Part shown: positions 13,601-26,233 of the stretch, piece by piece
Layout: each line of letters opens with the position of its first letter
Position numbering within the stretch: position 1 is the first letter of the stretch
From: Gekko japonicus
Taxonomy: Eukaryota
Length of the DNA: 63,993 bases
Reading direction: 5' to 3'
Assembly (NCBI RefSeq): GCF_001447785.1
Contig: NW_015162068.1
Location: forward strand, 1 to 63,993
Translations under genes and position numbers: made by a program
Notes under the pieces: generated by a model
What the model saw: the letters and a program-made list of their open reading frames with translations, nothing else
Told to the model about the DNA's origin: nothing
The model's database searches: none

Positions 13601-16600
13601 AGAAGCGCGAAAGCTCTTGCCTGGAGTTCTGGGGGGATTTATGTTAAAGTAGTATTCATTATGCACATCCCTGCTGAAATCCAAAATAAAGAAAAAAGGC
13701 TTCCCTGAGAGAGTGGAGACAAAACTAGCATAAAGGCTACAAGGCATGCCACAGTTGCTGACACATGCATTGCTCAAATTCAGAGCTAGAAGCCAAATAA
13801 AATTTGCAGTACTCTTCATTAATGCCTCCAAGCATCGAACTCCGATTATTTCACCAGTGCACAGTGATCAGTGTCTGCAGGCTTAGATTGCATCCTCTTT
13901 CTTTTACAGTTTTTTAAAAAATTAGAATATTTGTCACATGCGACTAGCGAAGGTGAACACAGCGTGCCGCCTGAGCCTGCTGCTCCTTGCCGCCTCTCAC
14001 CACTTATCCAAGCTAAGGACAGTTTGGGAAGCCCTGCTGGAGCATTAGGCGCTCTAGTTCCTAAGCAGAGGCAGCGGGTGGGTAAAGGACTAGAAATAGC
14101 AAGGTTGGGGTTACAGGAGAAAACAAGGTGATGGCTGCTATCCTCCCAATATGTACCACTAGGGCTGCCATCTCTGGTTTGGGAAATTCCTGGAGATTTG
14201 GTTGTGTTTCCCAGAGTCAATCCATCTCATGCTGGGTCTTCCTCTTTTACTGCTGCCTTCAGTTTTTCCTAGCATTATTGTCTCTTCCAGTGACTCTTGT
14301 CTTCACAGACTGTGACCAAAGTACGATAGCCTCAGTTTAGTCATTTCAGCTTCTAGGGAGAGTTCAGGCTTGATTTGATCTAGAACCTACCTGTCTTTTT
14401 GGCGTCTGGTACCTGTAAAACTCTCCTCCAACACCACATTTCAAATGAATCAGCTTTCTTCTTGTCAGCTTTCTTCACTGTCATCACAGAGTTTTTGAGG
14501 TAAGAGATGCTCATAAGTGGTTTAACCATTGCCGCCTTCTGCGCAGTACTAACCAGGGTTAGCTGCAGTGGCACTACCTCTGTCTATGAAAGATCCTCAC
14601 CTCCAACTACCACTGCTGGCCAGTAGCTACCCTTTGAAGACTCCTCTGCTCCCATCACCATTGGAACTGTCTGTTCTCTTCTGCTGCTGATTAACTGCGC
14701 TTCGGGTTCCCAAATCCCCCCGGGGGGCGGATTTCCCCCCGCTTTCAAGGCCCGACTTCTGCCCCGCGCGGAATTGGGCCCGGGGGAAACCCCACCCCTG
14801 CGCACGCGTCACCCGGAAGTGACGTCGCACGCTGGGGGCGGGGCCACGCCATTTGAGGGGAAAACTCTTTGTTTTCCCCTCAAATGGCATGGCCCCGCCC
14901 CCAGTGTGCGACATCACTTCCGGGTGACGCGCTCCCGGCCAAAATGCCTTTGGCAACCCTAACTGCACTACAATAATTTTTTTAAATGCTGTCTAATATG
15001 TGTTCAAGTTTTTAAGAACTCTTCATCAAGAAAAAAGAAGGTGGGTGAAACAAGGAAGAAAAAACATGCATTTGTTCCAGGCCATGATTTTAAGGTCCCT
15101 TGCCTACATCCATAGTAGATGCCAGATATGAATGGATGACTGCTGGGAGAAGCTATTATAAGATTGCAGCTTAGGCCTTCTAGGCAGAAAAGGGTAGGGG
15201 GAAGACAATGGTGATGAAAAGTGCTGTTAAGTCACAGCCAACATATTGCTACCTGGAGGGTTTTCAAGGCAAGAGAACAAAGGTCATTTTGCCATCGCCT
15301 GCCTCTACATAGCAACCCTGAACTTCCTTGGTGGTCTCCTATCTAAGTATCAGCCAGGGCCAACTTGGCTTAGTTCCCAAGATCTGACGAGACTGAGCTA
15401 GCCTGGGCCATCCAGGGCAGGAGGGGGAAAGGGAAAGACAATGGCCATCTCTAGTTGCAAACATAGCAACCAAAGGTTAGTCAAATGTCTAACACTGAAC
15501 AGAACTTAGGGGTCCCTTAAAATTCCGAAAGGTGAAGGAAAACATGGCAGTGGAAATTATTTTTATGTGGGTATCTTCACATGTTGGGAATAAGAGCATG
15601 CACAGTGGCAGCAGGCAGTCTCTCGCCCCTGCTCTCAGTCCTCCCTCTGTAAATTTGAAGAGCAGGAAACAATGGGATGCATGGGATAGATAAATGGTGA
15701 TGCTCTCTGTGTTTTCCCTAAATCTCTGTGGTAAAGACCATGGAGATGAGGGGAGAGTCACAGAACATTACCTGGAAGTAATGTCATATCCTTCATGTCA
15801 CTCTACAAATTTCCCCATTCTTTATGGTTAAGACCAATTTTTATGGTAAAGCTGTGACGGTCCCCACTTCTTATATCTACTTTTGGAAAGGGCGTTTTCA
15901 TATTATTTCCCAGAGCATCACCTGGAAGTACAATCATATTCCCCTGAAACTTCACCATCCTGAGACACTGCCCCAGAATTCTCCTGGCATTTGTTGCCAA
16001 AGGGCTGGTATTGACAGCCATTAACAAACACTAAACTTCCATCATAGGTACCTCAACTTCTATCAGGTAAGGTCACTTAGATCCATTCACAGTAACCAAA
16101 CAACAAATCCAAAAAGTATTTATAGCTAGGAGAACCGATCATGCTCTCAGCTATGCCATTAAAAGAGCTTCTTCTGTTTTCAGTTTGCAACAAATCAACT
16201 AAAAGAAAAAAACCTTTCCAAATGTAGATCTAACTAGAGGGGGAACTCATGGAAGCTCATGTGCGAGAGGAAGTCTCTTTCTCCCCCACAAGTCTCTAGG
16301 TTATCTTCCACCCCATGTCTGAGTCTACTTCTCCACCTTCCTACTCAACACTTCCTTCCTTCCACCCCTCCTTATCCACCTGCCAAGCGTCCCTCACCCA
16401 ATCTTCTCTTCCCTCCCAAGGGTTTCCCCTGCCTGCTGGTCTTCCTGCCCCATCTCCAGCCAATGTAGCAAGGAGGAGGAAGAAAAGCATACAGGCAAAG
16501 AAGGCAGGTCAGAGCCAGCTCCAGATTTCCTTGCTCCCTGGCTGCTGGTTGCCGTTCCACCATTTATTTTTTTGCATGACATTGTGTTGCTACAACAGCC

Positions 16601-19600
16601 TAAGATGCCATTTTTGTTGGTTTGTACTTTGTTCTGTTGTCTGCACAAGTCTCAGTGCTACTCTTCGGGGGCTAACCTCCTTTCCCCCAGTATTTCAGAT
16701 TTTCTGCAAAGCCTTAGGGTTCCCTTGGTATTGCAGAACCCTAAGGAACAGCCAGGGCGGACCCCATTAAGCAAATTTTGTTATCCATATTAGAGATGCC
16801 AACCTCCAGTTGGGGCCTGGATATCTCCCAGAATTACAATTCATCTCCAGACTTCAGATATCAGTTCCCCTGAAGAAAATGACAGCTTCAGAGGGAAAAC
16901 TCCATGACATTATACCTCACTGAGGTCCTTCCTCACCCCAAATTCTGCCCTCCCCAGGCTACACCCCCAAATCTCCAGGAATTTCCAACCCAGATTTGGC
17001 AACCCTATAACACAGAGCAGTCTGTTATGCTGTGGTAATGGCAAGTGCCTTACAAATATTGATACACCCCTCCCTTAACAAATTCAGGAAGTTCTAAGGA
17101 CAACATTTGCCAGGTTTGGTTTCCTTTGGCTTAGAGTACAAGACTTCTCATTACCTTTCAAACAATTTGAGAAATGTCTGTGCTCAAAGAGAAATTATAT
17201 ATTACCAAACTTCTGAAAGAAAAATACTTGGGTTGTTGCAATCAGCTTTAAAAAATCAATTCGTTTTCAGCACGGTGATCTCCTCCGTGCAAAAGATTAT
17301 GTTGCAATTAACTGAACAAGTCCTGCAAAATTACATCAGATACTTAAGCTCAGTAGTTCTGGAATTAAGTAATCTGTCATTAAGCACTACTACTGAAAAT
17401 GAGGTCATATACAATATAACCCAATGCTGACACTTTACCTGTCTATACAAGGCATGGAACAATTTAAGTTAGAGGACTAGAGTGGTCTGAAGGCTCATGG
17501 ATATGTGGACTGTGCAGCCAGAACATACCGAACAAACATATCTGATCCACAAAGAAAGCCAAGTCTTTAACACAGTTACATAGAGAGCTGTACATACTGT
17601 GTCAATAAATGCACCATTCCCCTTGTATCTCAGCAATGACAAGGGCTAAGGACTTTTAAAAATTTAAAGCTGAACATTCAGAGAATTGGCAGTTTATGGC
17701 AAAAAGATCATTGTAGCACAACACCAATTACCTTACCAAAACCCTTAAAAAGCACAGTGGAGGAAAGTGTAGGGAAAATGGCACTTGATAGAATAAACAA
17801 AACTCCCATGTGGATGCTCTATTGCCAGTACCAATACCTCTGCATTTGCAATAGCAATAATAGGGAAATAGAATAATATGGAAACAGGTGCAGCCTTTCT
17901 TATTTTGGCTGCAGTTGGCTAGCACAGCTATACTTCTGGTATATTGTTGTGGCCACCATAACATACAGAAACCTCAGTTTGGCACAGACCAGGGAGAACA
18001 AATTGTATGGTTTGCACTAATAATCAAAAAGTACCCCCCCCCCTCTTTTAGGTTTTCTTTAAAAGTAAAGTTAACAAGCTGATCCCCAGGCGGTGAAAGC
18101 ATCTGTAGCAGTCCAAAGATTTCCCCAGCCATCCAGCCCACTTCACTTCAGCCTTGATGCAGGGTTCTTGTGACCAGGCTTCTAGGCTTGTGCTGTGCTC
18201 CCATGAAACTCTTGCATCACAACAGCAGGCAGGTCATTCACATGGAATGCTGAGACATCACCAGGAGAGGTACATAAGAGAACCTAGCAGCCACCAGAAC
18301 TCATCACCCCACATTTTCCTACAGTTCATACCACAAACTTGCCACGGTCTTGTCTGGAGACTATAATGAGTCTGTATGTTCTGAACACTCCAAGAATAAA
18401 TATTTTTCTCCGTTAATAGATAAATTCCTCCCCAGTAATGTGGTTAAACTAGCATCACGGGCGTCTACATCACAAAACATATTTAGTAAGCACTGGGGAG
18501 GATATTGCCAAATCAGATGTTTTGCTGCTGCAAGGCCCCATCCTTTTTACTGCTTCCTACCCAACACCCCCTCCCCATGACTTCAGCAGCATGGGCACAA
18601 CCCATGTGTCACCACCTTGACACTAGACAGTGCCTTCTTGCCAATGCCACCCCCTTGGGCAGTGCAGTGCAGACATGTGCGCTGCATACTTCCCTCCCCG
18701 GTCACCCATGACTTAGATTCAGGCAGCTTAGGTCTGGGAACAATATCTCTCTCTCCCAATTGCCCATTCTGCCACCTTGGATCTGGGAAGCCCATACCCC
18801 ATCATCTATACTACTGCTTTGGATCCCCAAGCACATGCAGCAGTGGCTCTGGGAAGCATGTGCAGCCTCCCTCAGTCACCAATGGCTTGGGTCAGGGAGG
18901 CTCATGTCTCTCCTCCCCCCCCCCACCAAATCAACCACACTGTTGTGGGCAGTGAGACAGTACCTGGATTTCACAGCCTTGGATACGGGCAGTGAAGGAT
19001 CGGATCTGGAATGCACATGCCTCTCTGCTGTCACCCATGCTGCCGCCTTGGTTGACCTCCATCCCAGTCACCCATGCAGATGACAACAGGGGCAAGTCAA
19101 CTCCGGAGGGAAGGCGGGTGGAGCTCAGCATCTTGGATCCAGTCCTAGCACCCTGGGCTGATTTAGTACACCAAGTGGCTGCTTCAGTAACTTCAGCATC
19201 CCAGAACCAAGATTAACAATCCTTCAGCACCTGCACTGTTCTGTGTATGCTGCTCTTGTTTAACATGTTAATTCTTTGGAGACTGTTTGCTTCCCTCCTC
19301 TATAAATCCAGCTCTGAAGTGTCTATGCAACAGTCATTTTAATGGAGGAGGCAGCCGTAGCCACAAGGATTCCCACTGCTACCATTTTCATGGTTCAGGA
19401 GCTATATACTCTCCTGTTCTGAAGTCCCCATTTAAGGATTAAATGATGGCTTGGCGTGAGACAGCATAGCTATCCTCTTCCTCTGGCAGCATCATGAAAA
19501 GGCTGCTGCAGGCTTGGGCAGCTTGCGTGGAAAGAGGTCCAGCAAAAACTGTTCGTTATTCAAGTGAGAAATCTGAAGCAATGCTAAGTCCCAGTAACTT

Positions 19601-22600
19601 TAAAGGCTGCTCCCAAAGAAAACATAGATGTCAACGTGGTTCTCCTCTGGCTCCTTTTCTGATAAGCACAATAGAAGACTCCTTATCTGCAGCATGCACA
19701 CCCAAATCCATTTCCTGTATCCATTTCCTAGGGGGAAAAACCCTTGTGAAATCTCAGATTTGGAGTCTCCTCCCCTCCGCACGGACGTGTGCGCACACAC
19801 ACACACAAAAAGTTGTGTTCAAATGTTGACCCGTTATTAAAGACTTAATTACTGAACTGATGGTTGAAGAAAACAGAGCGTTTGGGGATTGTTCCATTTA
19901 TTTTTACATACATACAAGAACAGAACATAATTTTTCAGATCTTTATGGCATGCTTTCCCAAGTGCTGTTCTACCACAGTCTTTTCTTCTTTCATTAATGG
20001 TGGAAGGTTTGAGGATCAAAGCCTTCTGAAACCACAAACTACATAGTCTGTAGTTTAACAACCCCAGCCACCAAGTCAGTGCTTACAGTTGGAAACACAC
20101 TATGCCAGGGGTGGCCAAACTGTGGCTCAGGAGCCACATGCGGCTCTTGTATACATATTGTGCGGCTCCTGGCAGGGCAGCTGGGGAAGTGAAGGGGGAG
20201 GTGGGCCTCCCCAATCGGTCTTCCCTTCCCCAGTAAATGATCCCCTCCCTGGGTAGGCTTGAGGTGGGGGGGGGAGCAGAGGAAGAAAGCAACTTTAAAT
20301 ATATTCTCATTCTCTCTCTCTCTTTCTCTGAGACAAAGAAGTATCATTAGCAGACAAATAAATATCACTGTACAAATAAACATCATTATCGATATTATCA
20401 GTTACCCCTTTTGTTTTAATTTTTGTCAGTCTCGTCTAATGTTAATAAAATGCAAATCTGCATATTTTTCAATAAAAATGTGTGTGTAATATTTGTTCAG
20501 GTCTTGTGGCTCTCAAACATCTGACGTTCATTCTATGTGGCTCTTATGTTAAGCAAGTCTGGCCACCCCTGCACTATGCACATGATGTATAGATTTGTGC
20601 CTAGGGCAGAGACTGGTTTCCTGACTTTAAGACTAGGCAATAATAAGCCCAGCCCTCTTTCCTCAACTCTTGGGTCTCCTCAAGTCCACCAACACAACAA
20701 CATAAGTGGCTGGATCTTAACCTGTTTAGGGACACATGCACAGCCTGATTCAGTGCATGTTTACTCAGAATTAAGCCACACCAGTTTTGTCAAGACTTAT
20801 GCCTAAAGAAGTGTGAAGGTAGTCTTACCATGCAATCCTAGGTACATTCACCGCTGAATTCAGTGGTGCTTACTCCCAGATAAAGTAATCATGGGATTTA
20901 ATCTTTTCTTTTAGCCAACATAGAAGTTACATTGAAAGATGGAACATGAGCACTTTCACCAAGCAGAAAACCATTTTTATTTTGTACTCTTACATAATTT
21001 TAGAACACACCTACATGACTTCATGCAGAAACTTTTATTGGTTACCTAGGGTGGGTCTCAACAGTGCAGTCTTAAACAGAGTAACATCTTTCTACATTGA
21101 CGGAAGGCAATAGATTGCAAGTCTGTTTAGGATTGCCCTGCAAATGCAATGCAAACACATCACAACTGACACAGACAGCTCTACATCTAGATTAGCTCCC
21201 CATCAACCCTAAAACATAACATTCTGAAGTATAAAAACAAATCCATTAGGGGAGAAGACAGTGACTTAAACCACATAATGCTTTTCAGTTTATTTTTAAA
21301 CAACAGGATCAGTCTTATGCATAACATATTTTACAACTGCAAATTAAGTTGCCAAAACGCAAGATTCTTTCAAAGCACTTAAAATATCACTGGGTCTTAA
21401 ATAGTTACATTTTAATTTATTTACTTAGCGTATTTCTATCATGCCAATGTATCCTGCCAACCTAGCAGTTCGAAAGCAAGACATTGCAAGTAGATAAATA
21501 GGTACCACTTCGGTGGGAAGGTAACAGCGTTCCGTGCGCCTTGGTGTTTAGTCATGCTGGCCACATGACCACGGAAACGTCTTCGGACAGCGCTGGCTCT
21601 TCGGCTTGGAAACGGAGATGAGCACCGCAACCCTAGAGTCGGACTCGACTGGCTTTCGAGCAAGGGAACCTTTACCTTTACCTATCATGCCAATGTAATA
21701 ATCACACCTGACTCCCAGGGCACCTACATCCTGGCCTTCAGGTAATTTGCAAATCCTGACTAGTTTAGCATTGACAGAAGCATCACATCAGGATACGCAG
21801 GTAATGTGATCTGTATTCATGTGCCTCACAACATAAAAGGAACATGATATCATTGTTAATTATAGTTTTTAAAGTGATGTAATTGTAGAAACTTTACAGA
21901 CGAATCCGAAATGCAGTTCTTTTGCAGTAGTAATTTATTAAAACCAAGTGAGGTGAAACCTGCCAGATTCCTAGTGGGGGTAAGGGTCACAGTATTATAC
22001 AAGCAGGAAACAAGGGCTGTAAACAGAGAGAGAGAGAGACAGCCCAAGGGAACTGATACTGTAAAAATAATGGAGTCTTCTTCTGGGGACTATGGGGGGA
22101 AAGAACAGGCAAGGCAAGAGCCCTTTTTTGAAAGAGAAAAGATGTTCATGTAATGCCGTGACTAAATGTTATGTTCACAAACATTAGAGACGAGCTTTGG
22201 GTATATGCATGGGGAAGCTGTTTCCAAAAGAACTTCCAAGTTTACATACATGGACTGAAAAATCCATACACACACTCATGGCACATGATCAACTCAGATA
22301 GATTTACTTGATTTTCCACATTCTTTTACAAACTAGGCAGTTCTTTTTCCCGTTCTACTTCACACAGAGTCATTTAGCAGCTGAGAAATGTCCCAAAACT
22401 GGACAACTGGGGTAAACTCTGACGAGAGAGACATTCTCCACACACTCGGAAACGCAGGGCTAAGCGTTTTGACACTGAAGGTAAGTCTGGAGTGCAACTT
22501 TCCAGTCCCCAAACTGTCAACATCTGAACTCACCCCGTTTGTCTCTGGTGCCGTGTTTCTTGGCCAACGCCAGCTCCTTCCCGATCCTGGCTTCCAGATA

Positions 22601-22738
22601 CTCCTGTTTCTTGGTAAGCATCTCCTCTGTCTCCCGCAGACGGGCTAAGGCCTCCTGGGGAGTGGGGCCCCCCTTGCCTTTGCCCTTGGAGTAGCCGGAG
22701 CCCCCTCCGCCTTTGAAAAGCTTGTGGATCTTACTCAT
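4632..22738 (-). CDS. CHMP4C: Charged multivesicular body protein 4c (ESCRT-III/Snf7 family); 5 coding exons, 221 aa
   Basis: Exons 22738-22534, 10546-10369, 9054-8946, 7649-7541, 4696-4632 join in frame (666 nt) with GT-AG sites. Protein MSKIHKLFKGGG...PQEALARLRETEEML...ALQALKRKKRYEKQLTQIDGTLSTIEFQREALEN...DEDELLAELEELEQEEL...DDDMKQLAAWAS*. Head-to-head with ZFAND1. Confidence 0.96.
5301..6055 (+). mobile_element. 5'-truncated non-LTR retrotransposon (ORF2 C-terminal Cys/His knuckle; RTE-X/L2-like, clade uncertain)
   Basis: Frame open to 5838 with FCGC...ETVEHVLLHC; AATAAA plus A-rich tail; 13-bp TSD GAGAAAGGAGTGA at 5288-5300 and 6056-6068. Confidence 0.85.
6744..7140. mobile_element. hAT-like MITE (CAGGGCT...AGCCCTG ends) with subterminal repeats
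   Basis: TIRs; repeated CTCATTAGCATAWTAGGCCACACCC; same family as 57199-57686. Confidence 0.75.
7541..7649 (-). CDS. CHMP4C: CHMP4C exon 4 (109 nt)
   Basis: tttcag|GAT acceptor; DELLAELEELEQEELNNKMANVRLPSVPSTSLPSQP; donor G|GTAAGC. Confidence 0.93.
8593..8623. other. Assembly gap (31 N)
   Basis: Run of N in CHMP4C intron 3. Confidence 0.99.
8946..9054 (-). CDS. CHMP4C: CHMP4C exon 3 (109 nt)
   Basis: ttcag|G acceptor; DLDKIDDMMQDITEQQDIAQEITEALTRKVGDDFDE; donor GAG|GTTAGT. Confidence 0.95.
9484..9826. mobile_element. TAGGGTTGCCA...TGGCAACCCTA hAT-like non-autonomous element
   Basis: Terminal inverted repeats; internal CCCAGAAGTGACATCA-type motifs. Confidence 0.7.
10369..10546 (-). CDS. 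CHMP4C: CHMP4C exon 2 (178 nt)
   Basis: acag|TTGCA acceptor; VALQALKRKK...KKVHENM; donor AT|GTAAGT. Confidence 0.95.
14210..14483 (-). mobile_element. RTE/BovB-type LINE fragment
   Basis: Translates TVKKADKKKADSFEMWCWRRVLQVP, typical of the RTE RT C-terminal region. Confidence 0.8.
14702..14961. mobile_element. hAT-like MITE with internal 61-bp palindrome
   Basis: Ends TCGGGTTCCCA / TGGCAACCCTA; 8-bp TSD ACTGCGCT/ACTGCACT. Confidence 0.75.
15206..15420 (-). mobile_element. 5S rRNA-derived SINE
   Basis: Reverse-complement homolog of 41501-41709; other copies near 2290-2452 and 59910-60101. Confidence 0.65.
16791..17007. mobile_element. TAGGGTTGCCA-family MITE, uninterrupted copy
   Basis: Degenerate left TIR TAGAGATGCCA, right TGGCAACCCTA; collinear with the copy split by the CR1 at 23226-26025. 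Confidence 0.7.
20106..20571. mobile_element. hAT-Charlie-like non-autonomous element
   Basis: TIR CAGGGGTGGCCA; perfect 8-bp TSD CACTATGC; paralog at 55712-56102. Confidence 0.85.
21452..21681 (+). mobile_element. Sauria-type SINE, 5'-truncated
   Basis: (ACCTTT)n tail; 16-bp TSD CTATCATGCCAATGTA; near-identical to 51377-51728. Confidence 0.85.
22534..22738 (-). CDS. CHMP4C: CHMP4C coding exon 1 (205 nt)
   Basis: ATG at 22738; MSKIHKLFK...HGTRDKR; donor G|GTGAGT. Confidence 0.95.
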
Positions 22739-22739
22739 C

Positions 22740-23060
22740 TTTGCCCTTGTCGAGAATCCAGTCCCTGCCAGAGATCGAGCCCGCGCTGCAACAGTGAAGA
22801 GAAAGCAATCCGCCTGGTTCGCCCCTAAACTCTCTCCCGGGGCTCAACAAAACGCCAGGAGCGGCGTCGGCTGTATTTCCTCGCTCCGTCCGACGGCGGC
22901 GGCTGAGAAACTCCAAGAGGGAAGGAAGCAGTTGTTCCCGAGGCGGATGACCGAGTCACGTGACCGACACGCACCTGCCACAGGTGTTGCTACCTGCGGA
23001 ATGTGCCCTGCCCCCGCCGGTCACAGCTGCCCCGGGAGTGCACTCTGCACATGCCCAAAG
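22740..23060 (-). promoter_or_regulatory. CHMP4C CpG-rich promoter/5'UTR
   Basis: CpG-dense; GTCACGTGAC at 22955-22964; CACCTG at 22972 and CAGGTG at 22981. Confidence 0.7.
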
Positions 23061-23244
23061 GCATTCTCTTTCTATCCTGCCTTTCTGTGTCTTCGAGAAT
23101 AAAGCAAAGTCAAAATAAGTAGGTAGAACAATACAATTGATTCATGAGTGCTTCTCTTGGAGAGTTACACACTGGGAGAGTAAGTTTTTAAAGTTGTCTG
23201 GAAATCACAGCCCCGGTTGGAACCACCAGGTTGCCAACCTGCAG

Positions 23245-25855
23245 ATGGAGACTATTTAAAACTACAATCCTAGAAGCTCAGGAAAAATATATCCTACCAC
23301 AGGTTAGGAAAGGCACAAATAGGTATAGAAAAAAGCCTGCATGGTTAACAAACAAAGTAATGGAAGCTGTAAAAGGTAAGAAGGATTCCTTTAAGCAGTG
23401 GAAAGCTAGTCTCAGGCCCCGTCACGGGCCGGACATCGCAGGGGGGGGAGGCGTGGCTAATTGCCCAAGAGGAAACTAACGCGCGGCCGCCCGAGCACAC
23501 GTCCCGTGGTTAGGGGGGAGATGCCGACCAGATGAGTATCCTGCAGCGTGGCACAGAAGCCACGCCGCGCGATCGCACTAGCAATCGCTCTTTGTGCGCA
23601 TGCGCTGTTGGGTGCTGTAGCGCAACCTGCGGAGACGGGCGCCGGATGCCACGTAAGTCCACTGGAAACACGATCAGACGCCCGCCCTTGGCCCACAGTT
23701 TCCGGAAACTAGTACCTTGTAAGTACTAGTTTTTAAATCCGCACCTTCGGCGGGGAGCCACGGGTTTGCCACGGGAGCACTGCGCTTCCCAGATGTTGGG
23801 GTGTGATCGCGCCCAGAAAATCCACGGGACTCCCGTGCCTCTCCCGCGGCAACTTTGCCGTGTGACCGGGGCCTCAGTGAGGCTGATAAAAGGGAACACA
23901 GGCTGTGGCAAATAAAATGCAAGTCTGTGATCAGGTAGGCAAAAAGGGAATATGAGGAGCATATAGCAAAACACATAAAGACCAACAATAAAACTTTCTT
24001 CAAATACATTAGAAGCAGGAAACCAACTAGTGGGGCAGTGGGGCCCTTGGATGACCAAGGGGTAAAAGGAGTACTGAAGGATGACAGGGAAATGGCTGAG
24101 AAGCTGAATGCATTTTTTGCCTCTGTGTTCACTGCGAAAGATGCGAAGTGCTTGCCCACTCCAGAACCACTGATTTCGGGAGGGGTGTTGAAAGACCTGA
24201 GTCAGATTGAGGTGACGAGAGAGGAGGTCCTACTTAAAAACTGATAAATCACGAGGCTCGGATGGCATACATCCAAGAATTCTGAAAGAACTCAAATGTG
24301 AACTTGTGAATCTCCAGACAAAAATATGTAATCTTTCATTAAAATCTGCCTCTATTCCTGAGGACTGGAAGGTAGCTAAAGTCACTCCCATCTTTAAAAA
24401 GGGTTCCAGAGGAAATTACAGGCTAGTCAGTCTGACGTCAATACTGGGTAAATTGGTGGAAACTGTTATTAAGGAAAGAATTGGTAGGCACATAAATGAA
24501 CAAAACCTATTGAGGCAGACTCAGCATGGGTTCTGTAAGGGAAGATCTTGTCTCACTAACCTGTTAGTCTTCTTTGAGGGGGTGAACAAACATGTGGACA
24601 AGGGGGACGCAAAATATGTTGTTTACCTTGACCTCCAGAAAGCTTTTGATAAAATTCCTCATTAAAGTCTCCTAAGTAAGCTCAATAGTCACGTGATAAA
24701 AGGACAAGTCTTTTTGTGGATCAAAATGGCTAATTAATAGGAAACAGATAGTGAGTATAAATGGGCAATTTTCTCAGTGGAGGGTGGTAAGCAGTGGGGT
24801 ACCACAGGGATCAGTACTGGATCCGATGCTTTTTAACTTGTTTATTAATGATTTGGAGTTGGGAGTAAGCAGTGAAGTGGCTAAATTTGCGGATGATACG
24901 AAGTTGTTCAGGGTGGTGAAAAAAAGTGAGGATTGTGAGGCACTCTAAAGGGATTTGTCAAGGATGGGCAAGTGGGCATCAACATGGCAAATAGGGTTCA
25001 ATGTGGCCAAGTGCAAAGTGATGCACACTGGAGCCAAAAATCCTCACTATAAATACACGTTTATGGGGTCAGAACTGGCAGAGACTGAACATGTCACTGA
25101 ACATGTCAAGACAGTGTGCGACTGCAATAAAAAAGGCCAATGCTATGCTGGGGATTAGTGGGAAGGGAATTGAAAACAAATCAGCCAGTATCACAGTGCC
25201 CATGTATAAATCAATGGTGCAACCTCATTTGGAGTACTGTGTACAGTTCTGGTCACCACACCTCAAAAAGGATATTATAGCATTGGGAAAAGTGCAGAAA
25301 AAGGCAACTAGGATGATAAAAGGGGACGGGTAGAACACTTTCCCTATGAAGAAAGGTTAAAGTGCTTGGGGCTCTTTAGCTTGGAGAAACGACGACTGAG
25401 GGGAGACATGATTGAGGTTTATAAGATTATGCATGGGATAGAGCAGGTAGAGAAAGGTACTTTTCTCCCTTTCTCACAATACAAGAACTCGTGGGCACTC
25501 CATGAAATTGCTGAGCGGTCGGGTTAGAACAGATAAAAGAAGTACTTCTTCACAGGAGGTGGTGGCAGCTACAATCGTGGACAGCTTCAAGAGGGAATTA
25601 GATAAACATATGGAGCAGACATCCATCAGTGGCTATTGGCCGCAAGGTATAGATAGGAACTCTGGGGCAAGTGATACTCTGTATTTTTGGCGCTTGGGGG
25701 TGCTTGGGGGGGGGCAACAGTGGGAGGGCTTCTAGTGTCTTGCCCCCACTGCTGGACCTCCGGATAGCATGTGGTATTTTTGGCCACTGTGTAACAGTGT
25801 TGGACTTGATGGACCATTGGCCTGATCCACCATTGGCTTCTCTTATGTTCTTATG
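23245..25855 (+). mobile_element. CR1 LINE, 5'-truncated, disrupted ORF2 (reverse transcriptase)
   Basis: IPEDWKVAKVTPIFKKG, QHGFCKGRSCLTNL, SGVPQGSVL, KFADDTKL, PHLEYCVQFWSP; (TTCTTATG)n tail; frameshifts and stops. Confidence 0.95.
23415..23873. mobile_element. PIF/Harbinger-like MITE inserted in the CR1
   Basis: GGCCCC...GGGGCC imperfect TIRs; 3-bp TSD TCA in a CTCAG site; removing it restores the CR1 frame (WKASLSEADKREH). Confidence 0.8.
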
Positions 25856-26027
25856 ACCTGGGGGTCTCCTGGAATTGCAACTAACCTCCAGACTACAGAA
25901 ATCAGCTCCCCTGGAGAAAATGGCTGCTTTGGAGAATGAACTCTGTGACACTGTACCCTGCAGAGCTCCCTCCCCTCCCCATCTCAAGCTCCTCCCTCCC
26001 CAGGTTCCTGGAGCTGGCAACCCTAAC

Positions 26028-26233
26028 CAATGTTCCCTCTAAGCTGCGGAGTCTTGTGAGCAAAAATTCTACTTTGTGAGCCGCTGGCATTAAAGTTGTG
26101 AGTGAGGAATTTGGATACTGCATAAATCAGTTTGCTCTGGAGCCATCCTTCCTGAGCTAAGACAAAAATGTGTGAGCTGGAGGCTAAAAAACTGTGAGCT
26201 AGCTCACACTAACTCAGTTTAGAGGGAACACTG
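26028..26233. mobile_element. hAT-like MITE (206 bp)
   Basis: TIR CAATGTTCCCTCTAAGCTG / CAGTTTAGAGGGAACACTG; 8-bp TSD ACCCTAAC. Confidence 0.85.

Noticed and set aside
21439-21663. Recurrent MLESQS... ORFs (also 51397-51705 and 59494-59772) as a small gene family
   Set aside because: They are antisense readings of Sauria SINE copies.
23030-23060. p53 response element at the CHMP4C promoter
   Set aside because: Only one imperfect half-site (GCACATGCCC) is visible.
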